Positions 38,437-46,592 of a DNA stretch of 64,000 bases are shown in pieces. Both the position numbers and the translations under genes were made by a program. Numbering within the stretch: the stretch's first letter is position 1; every line of letters starts with the position of its first letter. The notes beneath the pieces were generated by a model, which worked only from the letters and a program-made list of their open reading frames with translations, was not told where the DNA came from and ran no database searches. Source of the DNA: Thermodesulfovibrio sp. (lineage in GTDB: Bacteria > Nitrospirota > Thermodesulfovibrionia > Thermodesulfovibrionales > UBA6898); contig PNOC01000003.1 of NCBI GenBank assembly GCA_013824615.1, forward strand, positions 21,103 to 85,102, in the 5' to 3' direction.

Positions 38437-40044
38437 ATGAATAACTCTCAGGGCATTGTCTATCTTGTCGGTGCAGGTCCGGGGGACATCGGTCTTCTGA
38501 CAGTCAAGGGGCTTCGGTGTCTTCAGAAGGCCGAGGCCGTCATTTATGACTTCCATCTGAATGCACAGATTTTGAACTATATACGGCACGATGCCGAGTT
38601 TATTTATGCCGGCAAGCGGGGCGGTCATCATACGATGACGCAGGATGAAATCAATGCTGCGATTGTCGCCAAGGCGCGGGAAGGGAAAATTGTCTGCCGC
38701 CTGAAGGGCGGAGACCCGTTTGTCTTCGGCAGGGGCGGCGAAGAGGCCCAGGTTCTTGTTGAGGCCGGCATACCGTTCGAAGTAGTCCCCGGGGTTAGTT
38801 CTTCCATTGCCGCGCCTGCCTATGCGGGTATTCCGCTGACACACCGGCTCTATTCCTCCTCTTTTGCGGTAATCCCGGGCTACGAGGACACGACAAAAGA
38901 GGAATCCTCCATCGACTGGGCCAAACTTGCCACCGGGGTAGGGACTCTTGTCTTTTTGATGGCGGTCAAGAATATCGACACCCTTACCGCGAAACTGATC
39001 GAACACGGCAGACGGCCCGATACCCCGGTTGCGGTCATCCGGTGGGGAACACGTTCTGACCAGCAGACCCTTGTCAGTACGCTGCAGGACATCGCAGCCG
39101 AGGTCAGGGAGAACGAGATTAAGCCCCCTGCCGTCATGGTTATCGGTGATGTGGTGAACCTGCGGCAGGAGTTGAGCTGGTATGAGAAGAAACCGATGTT
39201 CGGCCAGAGGATACTGGTAACCCGCGAACATATGGAGGGCTTCGACGTCCTTGAAGACCTGGGAGCGGAGGTGGTCCAGTTTTCGACCGTCGATATTGTC
39301 CCCCCGGAAACCTGGACTGATATCGATGCTGCCCTTGACAGGATACAGACCTACGACTGGATGATCTTTACCAGTGCCAATGGCGTCAAGTATTTTTTCA
39401 GCCGAATGATCGAAAGAGAGCTTGATATCCGGGAGCTCAGGGGGATTAGGCTCTGTGCGATCGGGCCGAAGACTGCACATGCGATGCAACAGTTCGGGCT
39501 CAGGGTTGACCTGGTGCCTGAGGAGTTCCGCGCTGAAGGCCTGATTGAAGCAATCGTAAAAATGAAGGGCCGGGGGGAAGAAGAGGGTCACGGGTCAGGG
39601 GGCAAGGGTCAAGATCCTTTTCTTGCAGCTTGCAGCTTGCAGCTTGACCCTGCTAAGCCATTGCAGGGCATGAGATTCCTGCTGCCCCGCGCCGAGAAGG
39701 CCCGGGACATATTTCCCGATAAAGTGCGTGAACTGGGAGGCATCATCGATCTGCCGGTTGCGTATCGCGGGGTCAAGCCGGACTATCATGGCAAGAGGCT
39801 GAGGAGGTTTCTCCAGGAGGGAAGGGTAACGGTGGTCACGTTTACGAGCGCTGCGACTTTTCATAACTTCTGTGAGATCATGGGCAGGGATGCTGATGAA
39901 CTCCTGAAGCGTGTCGCCATAGCCGTTATCGGGCCGGTGACTGCCCGGGCGGTTGAGAAGGCCGGGCTAAAGGTATCCATCATGCCGGAAGAGGCCACGG
40001 TTGAGGCGATGGTCAACAGTATCAGGGTCTGGGCCCTGAAGTAA
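38437..40044 (+). CDS. cobA: Uroporphyrinogen-III C-methyltransferase / uroporphyrinogen-III synthase fusion (CobA-HemD)
   Basis: The N-terminal VYLVGAGPGD...GGDPFVFGRG is SUMT-like. The C-terminal half is HemD-like (ILVTRE..., FTSANGV, LLPRAE, FTSA). Confidence 0.9.
   Translation: MNNSQGIVYLVGAGPGDIGLLTVKGLRCLQKAEAVIYDFHLNAQILNYIRHDAEFIYAGKRGGHHTMTQDEINAAIVAKAREGKIVCRLKGGDPFVFGRGGEEAQVLVEAGIPFEVVPGVSSSIAAPAYAGIPLTHRLYSSSFAVIPGYEDTTKEESSIDWAKLATGVGTLVFLMAVKNIDTLTAKLIEHGRRPDTPVAVIRWGTRSDQQTLVSTLQDIAAEVRENEIKPPAVMVIGDVVNLRQELSWYEKKPMFGQRILVTREHMEGFDVLEDLGAEVVQFSTVDIVPPETWTDIDAALDRIQTYDWMIFTSANGVKYFFSRMIERELDIRELRGIRLCAIGPKTAHAMQQFGLRVDLVPEEFRAEGLIEAIVKMKGRGEEEGHGSGGKGQDPFLAACSLQLDPAKPLQGMRFLLPRAEKARDIFPDKVRELGGIIDLPVAYRGVKPDYHGKRLRRFLQEGRVTVVTFTSAATFHNFCEIMGRDADELLKRVAIAVIGPVTARAVEKAGLKVSIMPEEATVEAMVNSIRVWALK
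39622..39647 (+). repeat. Heptanucleotide tandem repeat (CTTGCAG x3 plus a partial copy) inside the hemD-like part of the fusion gene
   Basis: Three perfect copies at 39622-39642 followed by CTTGA. The repeat is flanked by the 8-bp inverted repeat GGGTCAAG (39606-39613) / CTTGACCC (39643-39650). Confidence 0.8.
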
Positions 40045-40049
40045 GTCTC

Positions 40050-40850
40050 ATGCCGGTTGCTGAACACGATACCTACATAACCACCCCTGACCGGAAACGG
40101 TCGATTCTTTCCAGGATTTTTTTTAGTCCGAAATTCACGTTCTATCTTCAGCTCTACCTGATCGTCAGGCGCAGCGGCAGGAGGGCCCTGAACGGTCTTT
40201 ATGGCGACCGGGAGTGGGCAGAGAGCAGCCGCGAGGTGATGGGGGCTCTCGAAAATGTGGGTGTTAACTTTGAGCTCACAGGTATGGATAACATGAGAAA
40301 GGTCCCCGGCCCTGTTGTTTTTATCGGCAATCATATGAGTACCCTCGAAACCATGGTGCTGCCCTGCATTATCGAACCGGTTCAGCATACGACGTTTATC
40401 GTGAAGGCAAGCCTGATAAAAATGCCGGTCTTCGGCCCGGTCATGCGGTCCCGCGATCCGATCATCGTGGGCAGGACAAACCCGCGTGACGACCTGAAGG
40501 CGGTTATGGAGCGCGGGATGGAGAAGCTGAAAGCGGGGATTTCGATTATTGTTTTTCCACAAAGTACCCGGACCCCGAAGTTCAATCCCGAGGATTTCAA
40601 TACGCTCGGGGTCAAGCTTGCGGCAAGGGCAGGAGTCCCGGTTATTCCGATAGCCCTCAAGACGGATGCCTGGGGGAACGGCAGATATATCAAGGAATTC
40701 GGGCCGATCGACTCGAAAAAAACCGTTCATATTGTTTTTGGGGAGCCTATGCAGATTGCCGGACGCGGGAATGAGGAGCATGAAAAGATCGTTGCTTTTA
40801 TCCAGAATAACCTCAGCCGGTGGACCGGGGAGAATAATACGAAGCCATGA
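40050..40850 (+). CDS. Lysophospholipid (1-acyl-sn-glycerol-3-phosphate) acyltransferase family protein
   Basis: NHMSTLE (an NHxxxxD/E-type box) and an FPQSTRT (FPEGTR-type) box. Confidence 0.75.
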   Translation: MPVAEHDTYITTPDRKRSILSRIFFSPKFTFYLQLYLIVRRSGRRALNGLYGDREWAESSREVMGALENVGVNFELTGMDNMRKVPGPVVFIGNHMSTLETMVLPCIIEPVQHTTFIVKASLIKMPVFGPVMRSRDPIIVGRTNPRDDLKAVMERGMEKLKAGISIIVFPQSTRTPKFNPEDFNTLGVKLAARAGVPVIPIALKTDAWGNGRYIKEFGPIDSKKTVHIVFGEPMQIAGRGNEEHEKIVAFIQNNLSRWTGENNTKP

Positions 40851-40879
40851 TCCGGGCCCGATCCACGGTAAATTAAACA

Positions 40880-41242
40880 ATGCTTTCGAAAATCCTTGTT
40901 ATTGATGATGAGTCTCTGATACTGACTGCCGTGGAACGTGCCCTCGTAAAAGTAGGATACCGCGTCTTCAGTGCCCTGAATATGGAAGAACTGGGGACTG
41001 CCCTTGCTGAGGCCCCCTTTGATCTGCTTATCACCGATATCCACCTGGCAGGAGAGTCGGTGGAGCATGTGATTCAACGGGTCCGTGAGGGATCCCCGGC
41101 AGTCCGGATACTCCTGATGAGCGGCGGAAGTCACAAGGACCAGCAGTATCATTTCCTTGAAAAACCTTTCAGCATCAGCGGGCTGCGGCAGACGGTGAAA
41201 GACATTCTTGATGGCCGGGAAGAAGGGCTGTCTGCTTTATGA
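40880..41242 (+). CDS. Stand-alone response regulator receiver protein
   Basis: VIDDES and LLITDIHL receiver motifs, with no output domain. Confidence 0.8.
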   Translation: MLSKILVIDDESLILTAVERALVKVGYRVFSALNMEELGTALAEAPFDLLITDIHLAGESVEHVIQRVREGSPAVRILLMSGGSHKDQQYHFLEKPFSISGLRQTVKDILDGREEGLSAL

Positions 41243-41823
41243 GCCTCAGTGAACTGGATACCTCGCTTTTTTTTATCATCAACAAAGGTCTGCAGAACAG
41301 TCTGTTTGATAGTCTTATGCCCTTTATAACAAAAAGGGGCCTGCTCTTTTGCCTGCCGTTTCTGATCTGGGCCGGGGTGAAGGAGCGCAGGAATATTATT
41401 CCCTATATACTTCTTTCTGCCATTGCTGTCGGTATTGCGGATGGAAGCGGCAACATTCTCAAACATGCCTTTGAACGGGTCAGGCCCTGCCACGCGCTGG
41501 AGGGGGTTAACCTCCTGGTGGGCTGCGGCAAGGCCTTCTCGCTGCCGTCCAATCATGCGGCGAACGGCTTCGCCTTTGCGTTGACCTTCTGGCCCCTCAG
41601 GAGAAAGGTTCTTACGTATGGCTGCGTATCCCTGGCTGCTGCCGTTGCTTTTTCGCGTGTGTATATCGGCGTTCACTATCCCGGCGATGTTATTGCCGGA
41701 GCAGCGGTCGGGGCAGCAGCAGCAGCACTGGCACTGTTTCTTTACCGCTGGTTGATGAAAATCTACCCCGGGAAGTGCTATCATTCCAAAGGTTCTAACC
41801 CTGATGCTGAAGAGAGGTATTGA
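41239..41823 (+). CDS. PAP2-family phosphatase
   Basis: KHAFERVRP, PSNH and SRVYIGVHYPGD, the three PAP2 motifs. Confidence 0.85.
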   Translation: MSLSELDTSLFFIINKGLQNSLFDSLMPFITKRGLLFCLPFLIWAGVKERRNIIPYILLSAIAVGIADGSGNILKHAFERVRPCHALEGVNLLVGCGKAFSLPSNHAANGFAFALTFWPLRRKVLTYGCVSLAAAVAFSRVYIGVHYPGDVIAGAAVGAAAAALALFLYRWLMKIYPGKCYHSKGSNPDAEERY

Positions 41824-42812
41824 TGAAGGTTTCTGTTGTTGTCCCGCTGTATAATGAGGAAGAAAATATCCAGGACCTCTATGCAAAGCTGAAACAGGCT
41901 TTGGATACCTCTGTGCCCGATTATGAGCTTGTCTTTGTTGATGACGGCAGTACGGACGGGACCATGGGCCTCATAGAACAGCTCCAGAAACAGGATTCGC
42001 GGCTCATTGCCCTGAGCTTCAGACGGAACTTCGGCCAGACTGCGGCCTTTGCTGCCGGCTTTGATTATGCGCAGGGAGATGTCGTTATCACGATGGACGG
42101 CGATCTGCAGAACGACCCTCAGGACATCCCGAAACTGCTCGGACTCATAGGTGAGTACGATATTGTCAGCGGTTGGCGCCGGAGACGGCAGGACCCGTTC
42201 ATTTCGCGCCGGCTGCCTTCCATGATGGCGAACTGGCTGATAAGCAGGGTGACCGGCGTTCCACTCCACGACTATGGCTGCTCGCTGAAGGCCTATCGCA
42301 GAGACGTTATCAAAAATATCAGCCTCTATGGTGAAATGCACCGGTTCATTCCGGCCGTTGCCAAGTGGTATGGCGTTAAAATTACCGAAATCGAGACGAC
42401 CCATCATCCGCGGCTGCGCGGAAAATCAAAGTACGGGATATCCCGGACTATCAGAGTGGTCCTCGATCTCATTACGGTAAAGTTTCTGCTCGGTTTTTCG
42501 ACCAAGCCCCTGCAGTTCTTCGGTCCGGTGGGTCTTCTCAGCAGTATGACAGGGTTTCTGATTTCCTGCTATCTCACCCTTGATAAGTTTTTATACGGCA
42601 GGGACATCGGCGGCAGGCCTCTGCTTCTGCTGGGGGTGCTCCTGATTATCGTCGGGGTCCAGTTCATCGGCATGGGCCTGCTTGGGGAGATGATGGTGAG
42701 AATCTACCATGAGTCTCAGAAAAAACCGATCTATGTCCTCAGACAGGTACTCGGCCATACCCCCGTCAGGAGGGAAGATCTTTCCACCGGCAGGGCCGGG
42801 GATAAACAGTGA
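41820..42812 (+). CDS. Family 2 glycosyltransferase (polyprenyl-phosphate glycosyltransferase type)
   Basis: VVVPLYNEEENI and DGDLQNDP motifs, with two C-terminal TM helices as in ArnC/GtrB/DPM1-like enzymes. Confidence 0.88.
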   Translation: MMKVSVVVPLYNEEENIQDLYAKLKQALDTSVPDYELVFVDDGSTDGTMGLIEQLQKQDSRLIALSFRRNFGQTAAFAAGFDYAQGDVVITMDGDLQNDPQDIPKLLGLIGEYDIVSGWRRRRQDPFISRRLPSMMANWLISRVTGVPLHDYGCSLKAYRRDVIKNISLYGEMHRFIPAVAKWYGVKITEIETTHHPRLRGKSKYGISRTIRVVLDLITVKFLLGFSTKPLQFFGPVGLLSSMTGFLISCYLTLDKFLYGRDIGGRPLLLLGVLLIIVGVQFIGMGLLGEMMVRIYHESQKKPIYVLRQVLGHTPVRREDLSTGRAGDKQ

Positions 42813-43723
42813 AGGTCAATAAATACGCCCTCTTTGCTTTGAAGCTCCTGGTCAGTGCCGGGTCGTTGTATCTTGTCTTTTCGAAGACGGATGTTAGTCA
42901 GGTTGCCCAGACGATCAGGAGGATAGGACCGACAGCATTTCTGTCTGCCAGCTTTCTGTATGTATGTTCTCTCCTGGGTGCGACCTTCCGCTGGAAACTC
43001 CTTCTGCCGGAGAGGTTTACGCTCAGGAGACTTTTCTCGCTTTATATGATCGGGGCTTTTTTCAGCAGTTTCCTCCCAGGAGTGATCGGCGGAGACGCGG
43101 TCAAGGCATATTACCTGAACAAAGACGCAAAAAAACTGAGCCTGACCGTTGCCTCGATCTTTATGGACCGGTATCTCGGCTATGTTGCCCTCATTCTGAT
43201 GGGAATACTCGGCGTTCCGTTTGCCTTTGGTATGCTGGGGGACTCTCCTTACAGATGGGTTATGCCGTTTTTCTTCACGACATTTGTGATCGGCAGTCTT
43301 CTTTTTTTTGGACTGCAACTGGGCCGGAGGTTCACGTTTGTCTCAGAGTTTTATGAGTATTTTATGACCTTTAAAGATAAGAAGCCTGTGGTCGTTAAGG
43401 CTGTTCTTATATCGGCAGTCATACAGATCATGGGGTTCACCTCCGTTGCCGTACTCGCTGCAGCCATGGGAGAGCAGATACCGTTCGCGCTGCTGTTTGT
43501 TTTTCTGCCGATTATCATTACGCTTACGACGTTACCGATATCTATTTCCGGAATTGGGGTGCGGGAAGGGGCGTTCGTTCTTCTTTTCGGACTGGTCAAG
43601 GTGAGCCCTGAATCAGCCACTTCCCTTTCCCTGGCATGGTTTTTTTCGAGTTTTGTCGGCAGTCTGCCGGGGCTTGCTTTTTACATCCGCCATGCAAACA
43701 AGCCTGAAGTTAAAAACTCATGA
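42809..43723 (+). CDS. UPF0104 / lysylphosphatidylglycerol-synthase-TM-region (flippase-like) membrane protein
   Basis: A polytopic membrane protein with the P(G)xIGGDxxKAYY signature (LPGVIGGDAVKAYY). Confidence 0.75.
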   Translation: MKVNKYALFALKLLVSAGSLYLVFSKTDVSQVAQTIRRIGPTAFLSASFLYVCSLLGATFRWKLLLPERFTLRRLFSLYMIGAFFSSFLPGVIGGDAVKAYYLNKDAKKLSLTVASIFMDRYLGYVALILMGILGVPFAFGMLGDSPYRWVMPFFFTTFVIGSLLFFGLQLGRRFTFVSEFYEYFMTFKDKKPVVVKAVLISAVIQIMGFTSVAVLAAAMGEQIPFALLFVFLPIIITLTTLPISISGIGVREGAFVLLFGLVKVSPESATSLSLAWFFSSFVGSLPGLAFYIRHANKPEVKNS

Positions 43724-43772
43724 CAGAAGCTGACCTGCTTCAAATCCATCCTTCTACTTCTTAGTCTTTCAT

Positions 43773-45140
43773 ATGCACGACGCGGGCAACCTCGAAGATT
43801 CCGACAAAAAACATATCTGGCATCCTTTTACCCAGATGAAGGAATGGGCAGAGGAGCATCCCATCATTATCGCAGAAGGAGAGGGCTGTTTTCTGACGGA
43901 TGTCAGCGGGAGACGGTATCTCGACGGGGTCTCGTCGCTCTGGGTGAATATTCACGGTCATCGCAAGCAGGAGATCAATGAGGCTGTCAGGTCCCAGCTT
44001 GATAAAATAGCCCACACGACACTGCTTGGCCTGAGCAATGTCCCTGCGATTCAGCTAGCGGAGAGATTGGTGAAGCTGCTGCCGGGGGCAGGCTTGCTGC
44101 CTGACCCTGTTCTCTCCCGTGTCTTCTATTCAGACAACGGGTCGACGGCAGTTGAGGTTGCGCTGAAAATGGCCTTTCAGTACTGGAGGCAGAAGGGGGT
44201 TGAGGGAAAGCACAGTTTCCTCTCACTGAACAATGCTTATCATGGCGACACCATTGGAGCGGTGAGCGTCGGGGGAGTGGATATATTCCATAACGTTTTT
44301 GGTCCGCTTCTGTTCAAGACTTTTCGGGCGGCGTCACCGTATTGCTACCGGTGCGAACTGAAAAAATCTCATCCGGATTGCGGGCTTGCCTGTCTTCAGA
44401 ACATGGAGAGTCTGCTGAGCAGCCACCATCAGGAGATTGCCGCAGTCATTATCGAGCCTCTGGTGCAGGCGGCAGGTGGCATGATTGTTTCACCTCCCGG
44501 TTATCTCAGAGGGGTCAGGGAGTTGGCGACAAAATATAACGTGCTTCTGATTGCTGATGAAGTGGCCACCGGGTTCGGCAGGACCGGGGCGATGTTTGCC
44601 TGCGGGCATGAAGCCGTGGTCCCCGATATAATTTGCATTTCAAAAGGGCTTACCGGCGGATATCTTCCGCTGGCTGCAACCGTGGCCTCAGAAGAGATTT
44701 ATGCTGCCTTTCTGGGGGATTTCCGGGATCTGAAGACCTTTTTTCACGGCCATTCCTATACAGGGAACCCCTTGGGCTGTGCCGCGGCCCTGGCCTGCCT
44801 CGATATATTCGAGCATGAAAGGGTGATAGAGGGCATGGCCCCGAAGATCGAACTGTTCGGGAAAGAACTACAGGCCATAGCCGGGATGGGGCATGTTGGC
44901 GATGTCAGACACCGGGGACTGATGGCAGGCATTGAACTGGTCAGGGACAAAGAGACCCGGGAGCCCTATGCCTGGGAGGAAAAGAGGGGATGGCAGGTTG
45001 CCCTGAAGGCCCGTGAAAAGGGCCTGCTTATTCGCCCGCTGGGGAATGTTATTGTCCTTATGCCGCCGCTGAGCATTACAGCAGAAGAACTTGCCTGGAT
45101 GCTCGGTGTTGTCAGGGAATCTATCAGGGAGGTTATATGA
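43773..45140 (+). CDS. bioA: Adenosylmethionine-8-amino-7-oxononanoate aminotransferase
   Basis: HIWHPFTQMK, SSLWVNIHGH and a class-III aminotransferase core with SKGLTGGYLPL. Confidence 0.85.
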   Translation: MHDAGNLEDSDKKHIWHPFTQMKEWAEEHPIIIAEGEGCFLTDVSGRRYLDGVSSLWVNIHGHRKQEINEAVRSQLDKIAHTTLLGLSNVPAIQLAERLVKLLPGAGLLPDPVLSRVFYSDNGSTAVEVALKMAFQYWRQKGVEGKHSFLSLNNAYHGDTIGAVSVGGVDIFHNVFGPLLFKTFRAASPYCYRCELKKSHPDCGLACLQNMESLLSSHHQEIAAVIIEPLVQAAGGMIVSPPGYLRGVRELATKYNVLLIADEVATGFGRTGAMFACGHEAVVPDIICISKGLTGGYLPLAATVASEEIYAAFLGDFRDLKTFFHGHSYTGNPLGCAAALACLDIFEHERVIEGMAPKIELFGKELQAIAGMGHVGDVRHRGLMAGIELVRDKETREPYAWEEKRGWQVALKAREKGLLIRPLGNVIVLMPPLSITAEELAWMLGVVRESIREVI

Positions 45141-45601
45141 GTAAACGCATGATCGCGCTGCTGCTTTTAATTTTTATAGGGCCGCTGCTTTTCTATCTGC
45201 TCTGGCCTTCGGACGAAAGCCGGATACGGAAGCTTTTCAAAAAAGGGGCAAAGGCTATTCAGGAAGAGAAGCCTGAGGAGGTCATGGCCGCGGTATCCTT
45301 CAACTACACTGATGAGCATGGCCTGTCGTACCTTTTTTTAAAGGAGGGGACTACCCGGTTCTTTGCACAGGCGGACAATATAAAGGTCGATTATGTCATA
45401 ACAGGCATTGATATAAAAAAGGAAACTGCCGCCGTGGCGGTTGAGGTGAAGGTAGCTGCCGGGCTTCCCGGTGAAAAAGGCCGGGGACCCGCTTATATCG
45501 CAGGGGATGCGGCAAAGCCGGTCCAGATGAAATTTCACCTCGAAAAAGAACGGAGTACGTGGCTCGTCATCAGGACTGAAGGCCTGCCTGTCTGGCATTA
45601 G
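45137..45601 (+). CDS. Hypothetical membrane-anchored protein
   Basis: 4-nt overlap with bioA. N-terminal TM helix. Confidence 0.5.
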   Translation: MSKRMIALLLLIFIGPLLFYLLWPSDESRIRKLFKKGAKAIQEEKPEEVMAAVSFNYTDEHGLSYLFLKEGTTRFFAQADNIKVDYVITGIDIKKETAAVAVEVKVAAGLPGEKGRGPAYIAGDAAKPVQMKFHLEKERSTWLVIRTEGLPVWH

Positions 45602-46068
45602 CTCCGTTTTCTGATTTGCGGAAATCTCAGGTCGCTGAAGGGGCGCGTAGGGATTTCATGAGTTCCCCCATTTTTTCAAACCAGACTTCGACCAATTCGT
45701 TTCTTTCTTAAATCCTTATTGCTCAAGGCCACGCGAGATCTATGCCCGGTTTCTTGGGGGAACTCCTGTAGGGATTTCGGTTGACATGAGCATCATTCCG
45801 CGAGAGAATAGTCAAATATGCTCTGGAGGATGTTTTAATTTTTGAATTTACCGGAATTTCATTTTTTAACCTGGGATCTTGCATGATTGTCAGTAAAGCC
45901 TTACAAAAGCAAGAAATAAACTTACGTGGGAAAACGCTTCACCTTATGGGCTTTTAGCTCAGTTTTTTATAGAATAGGTTTATTAAATAAATTTTATAAT
46001 GACAGACTCCCTTTTTCTCAGTCAGGGAGTTACAGGGTAATAATCTAATTTATAGGAGGAAAGTAGAA

Positions 46069-46461
46069 ATGAAGAGATTATCTGTGTTCGTTCTGGCAGT
46101 GTTTATGGTGGTAGTTCTGAGTTCCGTGTCCCTGGCCGCTGAGGTTCCGTGCGCTGATGCTGCAGCAAGGGTGCGTTGCATTGAGACCATCAGCTTCCTC
46201 ACGCCCTACTGCTATAGCACGTCGGTTACCGAGGCTTATACTGCCTGGTATCCCCTCGACCTCTATGTCAGTTCCCTTGGGGTGACTGATGCTGCCCTGA
46301 CTTTTGATTTCTCTCCTGACGGCAACGTGATAACCGTATATGGTGGGTATGATGCCACCTGGACCCCTCCTGCCCTACCTGATACAATGTCTACGATCCT
46401 CGGTACGGTTACCGTCAGCGGTACTGCTGTCGTTGCCTTTAACCAGATAATTATCCAGTAG
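46069..46461 (+). CDS. Secreted hypothetical protein (130 aa)
   Basis: Strong RBS (AGGAGGA). The signal peptide ends in ...SLAAE. It is the first gene of the secretome locus. Confidence 0.55.
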   Translation: MKRLSVFVLAVFMVVVLSSVSLAAEVPCADAAARVRCIETISFLTPYCYSTSVTEAYTAWYPLDLYVSSLGVTDAALTFDFSPDGNVITVYGGYDATWTPPALPDTMSTILGTVTVSGTAVVAFNQIIIQ

Positions 46462-46592
46462 TATCCGGACACTCTGTCTGAAAGCATTATATATGTTTAA
46501 ACGACTATTAACCCCAGCACCAGGAAATTCAGGAGGCACATATGTATAGATTATGCCCATTTAGGGGAAAAAGTAAGATAGCACCGGATGCC

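Noticed and set aside
39622-39647. Short tandem repeat considered as a CRISPR-like or minisatellite locus
   Set aside because: The 7-nt units have no spacers and lie inside a coding region. It is reported as an intragenic repeat instead. No CRISPR array exists anywhere in the window.
38398-40880. Very long minus-strand ORFs (38398-39591, 397 aa; 39861-40880, 339 aa) antisense to cobA-hemD and the acyltransferase gene
   Set aside because: They exactly shadow plus-strand genes that carry strong family motifs. The products are Arg/Pro/Gly-rich with no recognisable domain and no RBS. This is typical of antisense frames in moderately GC-rich coding DNA.
45786-45845. 19-codon mini-ORF (MSIIPRENSQICSGGCFNF) in the secretome-locus leader, considered as a RiPP precursor or leader peptide
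   Set aside because: There is no Shine-Dalgarno sequence and no modifying-enzyme genes nearby. It is too short to evaluate.
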